Virus genome (UHGV): UHGV-0140617
DNA length: 34,960 bases
Strand: one strand, 5' to 3'
Source: a virus
Shown: positions 1 to 9,399 of the stretch, one piece after another
Position numbering within the stretch: position 1 is the stretch's first letter
How the letters are laid out: each line of letters opens with the position of its first letter
The notes under the pieces: generated by a model
Told to the model about the DNA's origin: nothing
Databases searched by the model: none
The model's input: only the letters and a program-made list of their open reading frames with translations
Made by a program: the position numbers and the translations under genes

Positions 1-2224
1 CCCAGTTCAGGCGAATCCCCCAGTTGATCGGCGTTGTCGCAAAGCCGACAGGTTTCGGCGGATTTCCCACTTTACCCGTAAGATTTACTTCTGATGATGT
101 CGCCCATACTGATGAAACGTCGCTGGCGTTCACCGCCCTGACACGGACCAGATAGCGACCCGAGTAGATACCCTGCACTTCAAAGCCGAGAGAAGACGTT
201 CGGGGCACACTAATCCAGTTGCCGCTGTCACGCCGCCATTCCGCCTCGTAAGCAACTGCACCCTGAACAGAATCCCAGGCAACGCGCATAGTGGTAATCG
301 CAATGTTCTGGTTAACCGTAGAGTAACTGTCTACGACAATATTTCCTGGGGGAGCCTGAACCCCCGGTGGAATGACACTGACTGGCCGCTCGTCCAGTCT
401 TGCGCCGGTATCAACAGCGGAATAGATATCAGGGTTGTAAGTCGTCCCGGTGACCTCGAAAGTACCGTCGTTGTTGTCCCGCGTTCCCGTAACACGGAAA
501 AGCGCTATAAACAGATCGTCAGAGTCCACACCCCAGTTACATTCAGCCTCCGGCGTTTCGCTGTAGGGTGTGGTGACAGTGACTGTGTTTCCGTTAACGG
601 CCTGGACGGTTCTGGCCTGAGCTGTGCCTGACGGAAGATTCAAAAACAGCCTGTTACCGGCTTTCACATCAGCAGCGCGATCGAGGGTTATGTTGCGGCC
701 GTTAACCGCACTCACCCTGCCGCCGATAGTTCTTCCGGCCAGCTCGTTAGCAGCCACGCCGATCACCTCACCAACAGGGGGGACGTCCATGCCTGTGCTG
801 AAGGTCACCACCTCGCCGATACCGTTGGTAAGCAGCGCCCAGCGCCCCCGCCGGTTTGCCTCTGACTGCCTGGTGCAGCCGATCGCAGTCATTTCGAGCT
901 GACGATAATCGAAGCGCATGGCCAGATCGCTATCGTAAACAGGCTCAGGCGTATCTTTGTAGTGGTTGGCAGGGTCTGACCAGTTCACCAGCGCGGCAGT
1001 GTTTCGGGTGGTTTCACTCGGGTCCGCAAAGGTAAATTTTCCTTCAACAACGCTGGCGTGGTTGTAGATGTGCCACACATCCCGGGGCATATCGGCCAGG
1101 ACATACATCTTATTGTCGCCCCAGTACGTCATGCCGCGAAATATACCCGCCAGATCACGAAGTACGGTCCAGGCGTCATTACGGTCCTGGATATAAACGT
1201 TGCAACGAAAACGAGGCTCCGTCCCGCTGCCGCCCTTGCCGTCTGGTACCAGTTGATCGCAATACTGGGCGATGCGATAAAGTTCCCATTTGTCTATCTG
1301 AGTCGCATCGATTCTTTGACCCAGCCCGAAGCGCTCGTTCAGGATGATGTCGTAATATATCCAGGCTGGATTATCCGTCCATGCCCATTTAAATACGCCC
1401 TCCCATGTACCAGAGTAAGTACGGGTTTCAGGATCATACGTGTCAGGTACACGGATGATTCGCCCTTTCGGATTGCACACAACCTGAGGAATGCCATTGG
1501 GGAACTGCTTTGCGTCAAACTCTACATACAGCAGAGCTGTGTTAACGTAGCGAAGTTTGGCGTCAATAATTTCAGTAACGGCCACAACGCGCATGATGTC
1601 CACGACATTCACGCTCGTGGAATCCGGCGTGATTCTGCGAACCCGCAACTGCCATCCAGTCGAGGCTTTTGGAAGATTGACGCGGTGGCTGCGCTCATAA
1701 AGCGACGTGGTTTTGTCATCAACAGCACCGTTAATCACCGTTTCATACGGCCCACCATCGACCGACAGATCGATAGCATACTCAACGCGGGTGCCGACTT
1801 TATCGCCGTTGTTTTTCTGGAGTAAAAGAGTTGGCCATCCCAGGCGAATTCGCAGCGCAGAGAGCTGCGTGTTGGATACCGCGCGAACGTACGGCACGGC
1901 CTGTTTCAGCTCGTATGAAACCTGAATCTCGTTTTCAATGCCGGGGAAGCCCTGAATGTAGTCCTGGTCCTGAGTACCGGAACGGAACTCATATTTTACA
2001 TTATTGAAGTTATAACTTCCGTTGGCGTTCTGAAGGGGCGTATATGAAGATGAGTCACCAAGAAAAATGTTTTTACCATCAAGTCCGCCAGCGAACTCAC
2101 CCTCTCCAAGAGCAATCAGCACCTTTGCCCTCGCAATGGACTGAATGCTGTCCGGTGCTTCCACGGGCGTTCTGGTCTGATTGCTGCCACCTTTACCGCG
2201 GCCTTTGATGATTGTCGTCGTCAT
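1..2224 (-). CDS. J: Host specificity / central tail fiber protein J (partial; N-terminal ~740 aa, C-terminus lies beyond window start)
   Basis: Minus-strand frame open from ATG at 2222-2224 (MTTTIIKGRGKGGSNQ...) to the window edge; motif CDQLVPDGKGGSGTEPRFRCNVY resembles lambda J (CDQSVPDGFGGTEPRITCNAY); sits downstream of I/K/L/M as in lambda. Plus-strand ORFs here are antisense shadows. Confidence 0.85.
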   Translation of the reverse strand, partial: MTTTIIKGRGKGGSNQTRTPVEAPDSIQSIARAKVLIALGEGEFAGGLDGKNIFLGDSSSYTPLQNANGSYNFNNVKYEFRSGTQDQDYIQGFPGIENEIQVSYELKQAVPYVRAVSNTQLSALRIRLGWPTLLLQKNNGDKVGTRVEYAIDLSVDGGPYETVINGAVDDKTTSLYERSHRVNLPKASTGWQLRVRRITPDSTSVNVVDIMRVVAVTEIIDAKLRYVNTALLYVEFDAKQFPNGIPQVVCNPKGRIIRVPDTYDPETRTYSGTWEGVFKWAWTDNPAWIYYDIILNERFGLGQRIDATQIDKWELYRIAQYCDQLVPDGKGGSGTEPRFRCNVYIQDRNDAWTVLRDLAGIFRGMTYWGDNKMYVLADMPRDVWHIYNHASVVEGKFTFADPSETTRNTAALVNWSDPANHYKDTPEPVYDSDLAMRFDYRQLEMTAIGCTRQSEANRRGRWALLTNGIGEVVTFSTGMDVPPVGEVIGVAANELAGRTIGGRVSAVNGRNITLDRAADVKAGNRLFLNLPSGTAQARTVQAVNGNTVTVTTPYSETPEAECNWGVDSDDLFIALFRVTGTRDNNDGTFEVTGTTYNPDIYSAVDTGARLDERPVSVIPPGVQAPPGNIVVDSYSTVNQNIAITTMRVAWDSVQGAVAYEAEWRRDSGNWISVPRTSSLGFEVQGIYSGRYLVRVRAVNASDVSSVWATSSEVNLTGKVGNPPKPVGFATTPINWGIRLNW

Positions 2225-2235
2225 ATCGCGTCCAT

Positions 2236-2258
2236 AAAAAAAGCCACCGTCAGGTGGC
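2236..2258 (-). terminator. Hairpin plus U-tract between I and J (terminator-like on minus strand)
   Basis: Plus-strand A7 run 2236-2242 then gccac(2243-2247)/gtggc(2254-2258) stem; on the minus strand this is a hairpin followed by UUUUUUU. Confidence 0.4.
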
Positions 2259-2277
2259 TTATAGTACGTGGTTTGGT

Positions 2278-2865
2278 TTATTGCTGATCTTCTGCATAAA
2301 TCCCGGCTGAGATAATCGCACCGCCTATTTCCCTCTGTCCGTAAAGCAAAGGAACGGGGTTACCGGATGCCGTAGTATTGACGGGTCCGCCAAACGCATA
2401 GGAAGGCTTATTATCTGGGTCCTGTCGCATCCTCAGACCAGCAACCTGAGGGGAAAGCATTTGCACTACACCACCCACAGCCATAGAACCAGCTGCGGCA
2501 TATAGCGCCATTTGTGTACCTGCTGCCCATCCTATTGGGTTCCACCAGGTAAAAGCCGCAATTGCGGCGGCAGTAACAATTTGAAAGAGGCCAGCCCTTT
2601 TACTGCCGCGTATTACAGGGATAATGCGAAGTTCATCGCCAGGTCCAAGAAGATCAAACTCTTCCTTTCCTATGTTTATTTGGTTTCGGAAGATGACAAA
2701 ATCCAGCCCTTTCGCTCTGGTCTCGCGCAGGTAAGCATCAAAGCCATCAATGGTGTTAGAAAGCGCCCTGAACACTTCGCTGGCAGACGTTAGTGCGCGG
2801 CGATGCGTCCTGCCAAATCGCTGAGCCATTGAGCCGCTGAGTTTGATAACGGTTTTTCTTTCCAT
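2278..2865 (-). CDS. I: Tail assembly protein I
   Basis: 195 aa, hydrophobic Gly/Ala-rich C-terminal half like lambda gpI; 1-nt overlap with K stop; positioned between K and J. Confidence 0.8.
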   Translation of the reverse strand: MERKTVIKLSGSMAQRFGRTHRRALTSASEVFRALSNTIDGFDAYLRETRAKGLDFVIFRNQINIGKEEFDLLGPGDELRIIPVIRGSKRAGLFQIVTAAAIAAFTWWNPIGWAAGTQMALYAAAGSMAVGGVVQMLSPQVAGLRMRQDPDNKPSYAFGGPVNTTASGNPVPLLYGQREIGGAIISAGIYAEDQQ

Positions 2866-3575
2866 TACATCAAATCCTTATAACGCAGAATTTTGATGGT
2901 ACGGTCACGGTAATAACCACCGTAGGGAATACGCTGGCTTAGCTGGCCATACATGTGATGCAGTAGCATGTTGCCATCAAGCAAAATCCCGGCATGGTTC
3001 GGGACGGTGGACTGTACCTGCATGATAACCATGTCACCGGGCTGAGCTGGACCGTCGTACTCACGGAAACCGCATTCCTGCCAGTTGTCCATATAGAGGT
3101 TTTCACCCTGCTCCCACCAGTGCCGATCTACGCTGTAGTTGGGCAGTTCAATGCCGTGTTCGATGCGGAAATAGTCCATAATGAGAGACCAGCAGTCTGC
3201 ATGCCCGAGTACAAACTGGCGCCCTGTGAGGGGACGGTCTCCGCGAGGCATGACGGTGCGAATGTCGCCCTCAGGCCACGATGCAATAATCCAGGGCAGT
3301 TCCGTGGCATCACACATCAGCATGTCGAGTTCACTCGGCTGGGTTGTTGCCCCGTCGCCGGGGTGACTGTGGACGATCGCCACCACAGTTCCCTGCTCTT
3401 CGGCGGCCGCATAATCCTCAGGATTGAGTTCAAATTGCTCAGTCGGCGACTCAGCATTATTTTTGCAGGGGATGTATTTCTCCACCCGCCCCTTCTGAAT
3501 AACCACGCCACAGCACTCCTCGGGGAAGGATGCGGCGGCATGCGCCAGAATGGCGCTAACTGTTTTGTCGCGCAT
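2865..3575 (-). CDS. K: Tail assembly protein K (JAB/MPN plus NlpC/P60-like)
   Basis: 236 aa; HSHP metal-binding motif (AIVHSHPGD) and Cys/His peptidase-like C-terminal region typical of lambda gpK; gene order L-K-I. Confidence 0.8.
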   Translation of the reverse strand: MRDKTVSAILAHAAASFPEECCGVVIQKGRVEKYIPCKNNAESPTEQFELNPEDYAAAEEQGTVVAIVHSHPGDGATTQPSELDMLMCDATELPWIIASWPEGDIRTVMPRGDRPLTGRQFVLGHADCWSLIMDYFRIEHGIELPNYSVDRHWWEQGENLYMDNWQECGFREYDGPAQPGDMVIMQVQSTVPNHAGILLDGNMLLHHMYGQLSQRIPYGGYYRDRTIKILRYKDLM

Positions 3576-3577
3576 GA

Positions 3578-4336
3578 TTATCCTCTCAGAAGTGAAGCGC
3601 CGGGGAACCCGCCATAATCCAGCTGTTCATTCTCTCCGAAGCGAGGTTTACAGCCCGTTGACAGCAATCCGGAGCAAACATCCTGTGAAGGATCGTCCAC
3701 CCGATTGCCGTCTTTATCGAACCAGCCGTTTTGCCCGGCGTAGGTGCAGCCGTTCCCGGTTTTGTACCAGCCACGCATGCACCACGTGCACATTGGCTGA
3801 ATTTGCCGGGTCGGAATGAGTTGCCCGCGCAGATCGGCTGGACTGGAAAGCTCAAATTCTACAGTTTCATCGTCTGATCCTGATTTACGGTCGATGTAAT
3901 AAACCTGTTTGCGCTCCTCGTTGGGATTCGCAGTCTGGTTCCCATCAGGGAAGTTTCTGGCGTCCAGATAGTGTGCGAAGGTGTCATGGATGATCACCTT
4001 TGCTTTAGCCATCCCCTGAAATCTTCGGCACAGCGCGCCAATCGTGCCGCTGATGTTTGCAACGGTGAGAGACGGTCGTGAACACTGGCCGTCACTGCTG
4101 ACAGATATGCCGGTCAGTTCATACGGCCACGCGCCATACTCCTGCCCCTGCCACCACACCGACTTCGGCTCAAGTTTTGACTCGTCGCCGCCTGCGGCGA
4201 TGATTTCCGCCTCGGTATGCGGGATTGTCTCGTTGTGAAAGCGAAGAATACCTGCACCGAAAGCTGAGCCGTCCACCTCGATCAGGCGGACGCGCTTACC
4301 CGGCTCCAGTTTCTGGACATCAGATGAAATACTCAT
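3578..4336 (-). CDS. L: Minor tail protein L
   Basis: Start taken at internal ATG 4334-4336 (MSISSDVQKLEPGKRVRLIEVDG...), giving lambda gpL-like length; C-terminal Cys cluster (CTWCMRGW...C...C) as in lambda L; ATGA overlap with M stop. Confidence 0.8.
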   Translation of the reverse strand: MSISSDVQKLEPGKRVRLIEVDGSAFGAGILRFHNETIPHTEAEIIAAGGDESKLEPKSVWWQGQEYGAWPYELTGISVSSDGQCSRPSLTVANISGTIGALCRRFQGMAKAKVIIHDTFAHYLDARNFPDGNQTANPNEERKQVYYIDRKSGSDDETVEFELSSPADLRGQLIPTRQIQPMCTWCMRGWYKTGNGCTYAGQNGWFDKDGNRVDDPSQDVCSGLLSTGCKPRFGENEQLDYGGFPGASLLRG

Positions 4337-4671
4337 GGGTGGTATGCCTGTGTGAATGTGCTGCTGAGGGTGTATTTTTTGTTGCCGTGTGTAGATATCT
4401 GAAAGGATTCCGCGCGCCATAAGCCTGATGGCTCAAGCGGCGACTTCCAGATAAATGATTTCCACCCGGCATGTCTGTTGAGAAAGTTTTTAATGGCCTG
4501 AATGTAAGCCTCATCGCCGGTAAAACTCACGCTCCATTGAGATGTTACCGGGTTGATACCATCCCCTGCCACCTGCGTATAGCCATCGCCAAACTGTGCC
4601 TTTCGGGTACGAAAATTTGTATCAACCTGAGAGGCAACCTTTGGGCACCAGCTGAAGGTTTCTACTGTCAT
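4333..4671 (-). CDS. M: Minor tail protein M
   Basis: Start at ATG 4669-4671 (MTVETFSWCPKV...); FGDGYTQ and GWKSF motifs match lambda gpM (FGDGYSQ, GGWKSF); 2 nt after tape measure stop. Confidence 0.8.
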   Translation of the reverse strand: MTVETFSWCPKVASQVDTNFRTRKAQFGDGYTQVAGDGINPVTSQWSVSFTGDEAYIQAIKNFLNRHAGWKSFIWKSPLEPSGLWRAESFQISTHGNKKYTLSSTFTQAYHP

Positions 4672-4673
4672 GG

Positions 4674-7600
4674 TTAAACTCCCTTGATTAATCGCCACAG
4701 AGGCGAGCCCGGCATGCTGGCCTGTTCGTTAATGACGCCAGTGATGGCATCCTTAAGCTGCCTGCCTGCTGCTCCAGCAGTACCCTGACTGGCCGCCTGG
4801 GATGATCCGCCCTGAATATTGATATCGCCGAAGTTAACTGAAGGCATACCACCGGAGACCTGAGGAGTGCCAACAGCCCGAACGCCAAGCGAACCATCAG
4901 CGGCGCGCGTAAGCGGCATAATGGCTTCCGGACCAGCTTCGGCAAAAACCCCTGCACCTTTGGCAAAAGCAAACAGCTGAGGCGTCTGAAAAACGCCATT
5001 GCTGTAAGCGCTCAGGGACGGAGAGTCGTAAACATTACCCTTCGCATTAAAGGTAAAGTTCGCGCCAGCATTCTGAATAGCGGTACCGCTGCTGGCGGTA
5101 GCGGCTGACGAGGCACCAAAACTGAACAGTGAACCAATTGAGCTAACGCCATTAGCAACAGCCATATTCACCAGAACGTTCTGGATAATCTTCAGTACGC
5201 TGACGCCCCAGTCCTTCCAGCTATCAACGTTGCCATTGAGCATGTCGGTGATCGTGGTGACCGCGCCACCCATAGCCTGCTTCATGCCGTCAGCGGCCAT
5301 GGAAGAATAATCAGTAGCTTCGTCCACCCAGTTCGCATAACCCTCAGACAGTCCCGTCATCCAGTCGTCACGCTGCGCATCAGAAGCTGCGTAATATCCC
5401 TCCTGGTCGCGCAGGCGCTCATCGAGATAGCGCTTATTAAGTGCCAGTCCCTGCTGATAGAACGTCTCATCGATTTCACCAGCCTGACGCTGGCGGAGAA
5501 GATCGGTATTCTTCTGCTCGAACTCCTTACGCAGATTGAACTGCTCCTGAAGTCTTTCACGGAACCTGGTACCCTGCCCGTAACCCAGCAGTTGCCCTTC
5601 ATTAGCTGCTCGGGCGCTGGCGTTACTGTCGGCGAGGTTGGCTTCGTAATTTCGCAGTTGCTCACGTAATTTAACCTGGTCAATCAGCGCAGCATTCTGC
5701 AATAACGTCTTTTTCTGGGCTTCTGTCAGAGAAGCAAGCTCGCCCTGGCTGACCTGGTATTTAACCTTCGCCAGTTCAGTATTCTGGCCTTGCAGGGCAA
5801 TCTGCTCTTTTTGCTGTTTGATCAGCTTGTCATAGGCATCAGCTGTTTTTTCCGCCTCGGATTTCCCGCCCTTATGGCGGCTTGAGTCACGAATAGCTTG
5901 CAACTGCCTGGCTGACTCAACTTCCATGCTGACATACTTCTCACGCCAACCAGCAGGGAGATTAAGGTCAGATGCATCGAATTCCGCCTGCTTGCGGGTT
6001 TTGTCCAATCCCTTAAGACCGGACAACTCAAGCTGTCGCTGCGCCTTGTCTATAGCTTGCTGCTGCTTATTATCAAGTGCAGGAAGTACAGGCCCTGCAT
6101 ATTTTGGTGGGGACACTGCTGTAGACTGTCTGGAAACCTTGTTCAGACGGTCATACATCTCTGTAAGAGAACTTACGGCGCCAGCCATTTCTACTGTTTT
6201 ATTTATAGCCTGATCAGTTATGTCGTTTATTAACTGTTGTGTTTGCTTTCTTTTATTGAGCATTTGCTCAAGTCGGCCTTCTTCAACCGCAAGTTCTGAA
6301 GCAAACTCTGCTGATTTCTCAACCGCATCGTTATACAGCCATGTTCCATCTGAAGCAGAATTGGCTGCTAATTTTGCGTTATAAAGTTGATTGGATAATT
6401 CAGCAACTTTCTGCTTCTGCTGTTCAATCGCACTATTTTGAGCATCCAGTGAAATATTCGCCTGTCCAAGGTTGGCGGATATCTGCGTCTGAGACATTGA
6501 TTTCAGATTATCTCGTACCTGCTCGATTGTGTCCGCATATTGGATTGCAGATTCCCTGGCTTGTTCTTGGCGTTGATACATCGTGTACCACGCCCCAGCA
6601 CCCAACATTAAAATTCCTGGCAAACCACCAACTAACGACAAAAGCCCCGTAGCGCCAGACTTGAATAAATTCATTACCGATGTTGATCGGTTGAGTGCTT
6701 CTTGCGACGCTGATACTGCTTTATTTGACTGAACGAGAGTGGAATTGGCGGCTATCATTTCACGCCGTTTGGCAATAGAATTTTGTGTAGCTGTCGCTTC
6801 TGCATTTGTGTTTTTTGCAAGTTCCAACTCGGATAGCGAGAGCTGATAAGCACGCTCGGCAGCAATCGCATCTGCTGCCGCCTTTCGTTGTGATTGGGTA
6901 GCAGATTCAGCCCTTGCAGATGCGAGCGCAATTTCGTTCTTTCTGGCATCTATTAATTGCGCCGTTTGGTTCCCAAGATCGCCAAACATCCCTCCAAGAT
7001 AGCGAGCTCCACCTATTGCAGCCAAAGCTCCGGCAGCCGTAGCCACAGTGTCGATATTGTCAGAAACTGTATTCAATACAGCAACAAGAGCACTTGTCGC
7101 ACCAGTAGCTTCATTAGCTCCACCTACCCATGCCATGAAAGCATTTTCGACTTTCGTCGTGGCAGCAGAAACGGTCTGCGGCATTGCCTCAAATTCACCA
7201 CGCATAGTGCCAAGTTGACTTATCAGGGCCGGGACAACTTTATCTGCGGTTAGCATCCCCTGATCGGCCATTGCCTTCAGATCTTTACGAGCTACACCCA
7301 TCCCAGCGGCCAGCGCACGGATAACTCGATCACCGTTTTCGTTAACAGAGTTGAATTCCTCGCCCCGCAGAACGCCCTGAGCTAATGCCTGACTAAACTG
7401 GGTGATAACAGAACTTGCCTCTGCCGTGCTGGCGCCGGATAGCTTTAGTCCAGTAGAAATGGCCTCGGTTACATCCAGAACTTGCTGCGAACTGTATCCG
7501 TATTCACGCATTGATGCGGCGGAACGCGCAAAAAGACTCGCATTATCAGAGAAGGCGGTTCCGGTTCGTTGGCTAATATCCATCAGCGCCCGCTGAGACT

Positions 7601-7928
7601 CCGTGAAATCATCAGACGATTGGGAAGCCTGCTTTAGCCTGGCATTAACAGAGCTCCATTCATCGGCCAGCGATATAAGATGACCAGTCGCAAATGCTCC
7701 AGCAAATGCACCTGCCATTCCCAGCGCTGAGGCCTTCGCGGTGTTTATTTGACTAGTTACCTCAGCTAAGGCACGCTGAGTTTCACGCGAAGCTGCGGCC
7801 GCTTGGCGTCCTCCAGTCTGCATTACCCGGTAATAGTCATTCCCCATTCTTGAAGCACGAGAAATTTCAGACTGAAATGACTGAGAGTTTGCAGATATTT
7901 TGATGATCAGTTCGCGCAACGTAGCCAT
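4674..7928 (-). CDS. H: Tail tape measure protein
   Basis: About 1084 aa, Ala/Gln-rich coiled-coil-like sequence, position between chaperones and M. Start placed at second ATG (7926-7928, MATLREL) because GGGTGA precedes it, whereas the first ATG (7938-7940) directly abuts a U-tract. Confidence 0.85.
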   Translation of the reverse strand: MATLRELIIKISANSQSFQSEISRASRMGNDYYRVMQTGGRQAAAASRETQRALAEVTSQINTAKASALGMAGAFAGAFATGHLISLADEWSSVNARLKQASQSSDDFTESQRALMDISQRTGTAFSDNASLFARSAASMREYGYSSQQVLDVTEAISTGLKLSGASTAEASSVITQFSQALAQGVLRGEEFNSVNENGDRVIRALAAGMGVARKDLKAMADQGMLTADKVVPALISQLGTMRGEFEAMPQTVSAATTKVENAFMAWVGGANEATGATSALVAVLNTVSDNIDTVATAAGALAAIGGARYLGGMFGDLGNQTAQLIDARKNEIALASARAESATQSQRKAAADAIAAERAYQLSLSELELAKNTNAEATATQNSIAKRREMIAANSTLVQSNKAVSASQEALNRSTSVMNLFKSGATGLLSLVGGLPGILMLGAGAWYTMYQRQEQARESAIQYADTIEQVRDNLKSMSQTQISANLGQANISLDAQNSAIEQQKQKVAELSNQLYNAKLAANSASDGTWLYNDAVEKSAEFASELAVEEGRLEQMLNKRKQTQQLINDITDQAINKTVEMAGAVSSLTEMYDRLNKVSRQSTAVSPPKYAGPVLPALDNKQQQAIDKAQRQLELSGLKGLDKTRKQAEFDASDLNLPAGWREKYVSMEVESARQLQAIRDSSRHKGGKSEAEKTADAYDKLIKQQKEQIALQGQNTELAKVKYQVSQGELASLTEAQKKTLLQNAALIDQVKLREQLRNYEANLADSNASARAANEGQLLGYGQGTRFRERLQEQFNLRKEFEQKNTDLLRQRQAGEIDETFYQQGLALNKRYLDERLRDQEGYYAASDAQRDDWMTGLSEGYANWVDEATDYSSMAADGMKQAMGGAVTTITDMLNGNVDSWKDWGVSVLKIIQNVLVNMAVANGVSSIGSLFSFGASSAATASSGTAIQNAGANFTFNAKGNVYDSPSLSAYSNGVFQTPQLFAFAKGAGVFAEAGPEAIMPLTRAADGSLGVRAVGTPQVSGGMPSVNFGDINIQGGSSQAASQGTAGAAGRQLKDAITGVINEQASMPGSPLWRLIKGV

Positions 7929-7940
7929 ATTTTCACCCAT

Positions 7941-7964
7941 AAAAAAAACCCGCTTGATAGCGGG
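7941..7964 (-). terminator. Intrinsic terminator-like hairpin directly upstream of tape measure start
   Basis: Plus-strand A8 (7941-7948) then cccgc(7949-7953)/gcggg(7960-7964); minus-strand RNA gives hairpin plus UUUUUUUU. Confidence 0.5.
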
Positions 7965-7971
7965 TCGTGAG

Positions 7972-8160
7972 TTATAAACTGTCTTTTCTTTTGTGAGCGA
8001 CTTGTATTAATAAATCTATTTGCGCATCTTGTTTTTTATTTATCTCTTTAAGGGCTTCAACTTGTTCATTTGCCCTTGTGCTAAACCGTATTAAATAAAA
8101 AATCACAATTAGATTTATCAACCAGCCGAATATTCCAAACACTACTACCAGTGGTTCCAT
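7972..8160 (-). CDS. Small single-pass membrane protein (moron) between T and tape measure
   Basis: 62 aa from ATG 8158-8160 (MEPLVVVFGIFGWLINLIVIFYLIRF... then charged helical tail); strong SD AAGGAGG 5 nt upstream; AT-rich relative to flanks; followed by terminator 7941-7964. Confidence 0.6.
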   Translation of the reverse strand: MEPLVVVFGIFGWLINLIVIFYLIRFSTRANEQVEALKEINKKQDAQIDLLIQVAHKRKDSL

Positions 8161-8217
8161 AACGCCTCCTTTTCTTAAGGAAAGAGCGTATCGCCACATT
8201 GATGACATGTGAAGCAA

Positions 8218-8888
8218 TTATTGTGTCGCAGCTGTAAGAGCAGCCTCAAGCCCTGCAAACGGGTCCTTCGGTGCTGATTGCTCATCACCACCCCAGCGCA
8301 GGATCGCATCGTCCAGCGGTACTTTTGCCCCCTGCGAGCCGTAGATGGCAGAGACGAGCTGGGCTGCCTGAATGTCACCACGGATATCGCCAACCGGACT
8401 TTGCCTGTCGTACTCAATCCACATCAGAAGCTCGCTTGCCGTCATATTCTGCCGAAGCTCTGAGAGCGTGCGCCCCATCCGGAGCGCAAGCGACATCAGA
8501 AACTTTACGCCGGGGGTTGAGACTTTTCCCGCGCTTCGTCCGCATTGTTGATCAGGTCAAGCGCCTGTTTGAGCAGGCGTGAATGGACGGGGCCGTAGAT
8601 TTCACGCACCTGCTCTTCTTCGTCTACGCTGAATACCGGCTGCTTATCGGTGTCACACAGAACGTCAATGAAGAGCACCACGTCAGCGCAAAGATTACGG
8701 TGTGCCTTTTCCGATACCGACACATTTTCATCATCAGTACCCGCTTTCACCACCTCCTGCCAGCGCAGCCAGGCTTCACCTGACGGCTCACGCAGAACCA
8801 CTTTGACGCCCTCCCACTCAGGAACGGCGACCGTCTTATGACGAAATCCCGACATCTTAGCCAGGGCGAGATTTTTAATATTCTTCAT
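8218..8888 (-). CDS. GT: Tail assembly chaperone GT fusion (predicted -1 programmed frameshift product)
   Basis: ORF 8218..8496 (MSLALRMGRTLSEL...) is in the -1 frame relative to G and open back through the G 3' end; slippery-like run CGGGAAAAG (sense) at 8523-8530, about 20 nt before the G stop. Confidence 0.55.
8505..8888 (-). CDS. G: Tail assembly chaperone G
   Basis: 127 aa acidic protein between major tail protein and tape measure; downstream T-frame ORF lies in the -1 frame. Confidence 0.7.
   Translation of the reverse strand: MKNIKNLALAKMSGFRHKTVAVPEWEGVKVVLREPSGEAWLRWQEVVKAGTDDENVSVSEKAHRNLCADVVLFIDVLCDTDKQPVFSVDEEEQVREIYGPVHSRLLKQALDLINNADEAREKSQPPA
8523..8530 (-). other. Candidate -1 frameshift slippery site (GGGAAAAG) for G to GT
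   Basis: Sense sequence GCG CGG GAA AAG TCT in the G frame; the -1 frame (GGA AAA) is open into the T ORF. Confidence 0.4.
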
Positions 8889-8896
8889 GCGACCTC

Positions 8897-9340
8897 TCAG
8901 GAGCCAGACTCGATGTTTTCAGGCTTACCTTTCAGGCGCAGGGAGAACGTTGCCGCAACTACGCCGTTGGTACCGGAAGACCAGGTGTGCTGGCGGATTT
9001 CAGCCAGGAACTTAAAGCCCTTGCCGGACGGGAAGATAACCTGGAAAGCGTAGGTCGTATCGTTGTCATACGCTTCACGCAAGGCGTCCTGCGCCGGGTT
9101 TTTGTAGAAGTTGCCGGACAGAGAGATTTCTGACGGAGAAGGCAGGCCGTTGATGTTCTCCTGCTCGGTAGAGCAAAGCGTGGTTACGTCGATATCCTGC
9201 TTCTGGCCACCAGTGAACTGAATTTCTTTGATGGTGCAACTCAGATCGAGGAAGGTTGCGGTATCCATCGTTTCTTTGGTGGCTGGCGCAGAGGAAATAA
9301 GGATCTTCGTCAGCTGCGATTTTTCATAAAGTGCAGACAT
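8897..9340 (-). CDS. V: Major tail (tube) protein
   Basis: 147 aa, position immediately upstream of chaperones; SD AGGAGA before ATG 9338-9340. Confidence 0.7.
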   Translation of the reverse strand: MSALYEKSQLTKILISSAPATKETMDTATFLDLSCTIKEIQFTGGQKQDIDVTTLCSTEQENINGLPSPSEISLSGNFYKNPAQDALREAYDNDTTYAFQVIFPSGKGFKFLAEIRQHTWSSGTNGVVAATFSLRLKGKPENIESGS

Positions 9341-9354
9341 AGCTGTCTCCTGGT

Positions 9355-9379
9355 AAAAGAAAACCCGCCATTAAGCGGG
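9355..9379 (-). terminator. Terminator-like hairpin between tail-terminator gene and major tail gene
   Basis: cccgc(9364-9368)/gcggg(9375-9379) with minus-strand UUUUCUUUU (plus 9355-9363). Confidence 0.4.
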
Positions 9380-9399
9380 TTCGTTGGGTGAATGATTTA

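Noticed and set aside
624-1925. Plus-strand ORFs 624..902, 1058..1825 and 1707..1925
   Set aside because: They lie antisense to the long open J frame; their translations are low-complexity with no motifs; shadow ORFs of a GC-biased coding region.
2512-4677. Multiple short ORFs on both strands overlapping I, K, L and M (e.g. 2512..2793, 2994..3617, 3128..3313, 3586..3855, 4044..4238)
   Set aside because: Fully embedded in confidently assigned, tightly coupled tail genes; no RBS or motif support.
4688-7596. Short ORFs inside or antisense to the tape measure gene (e.g. 4688..4999, 5357..5683, 5926..6213, 6957..7253)
   Set aside because: Embedded in the 3.2-kb tape measure ORF; repetitive Ala/Gln codon usage generates spurious alternative frames.
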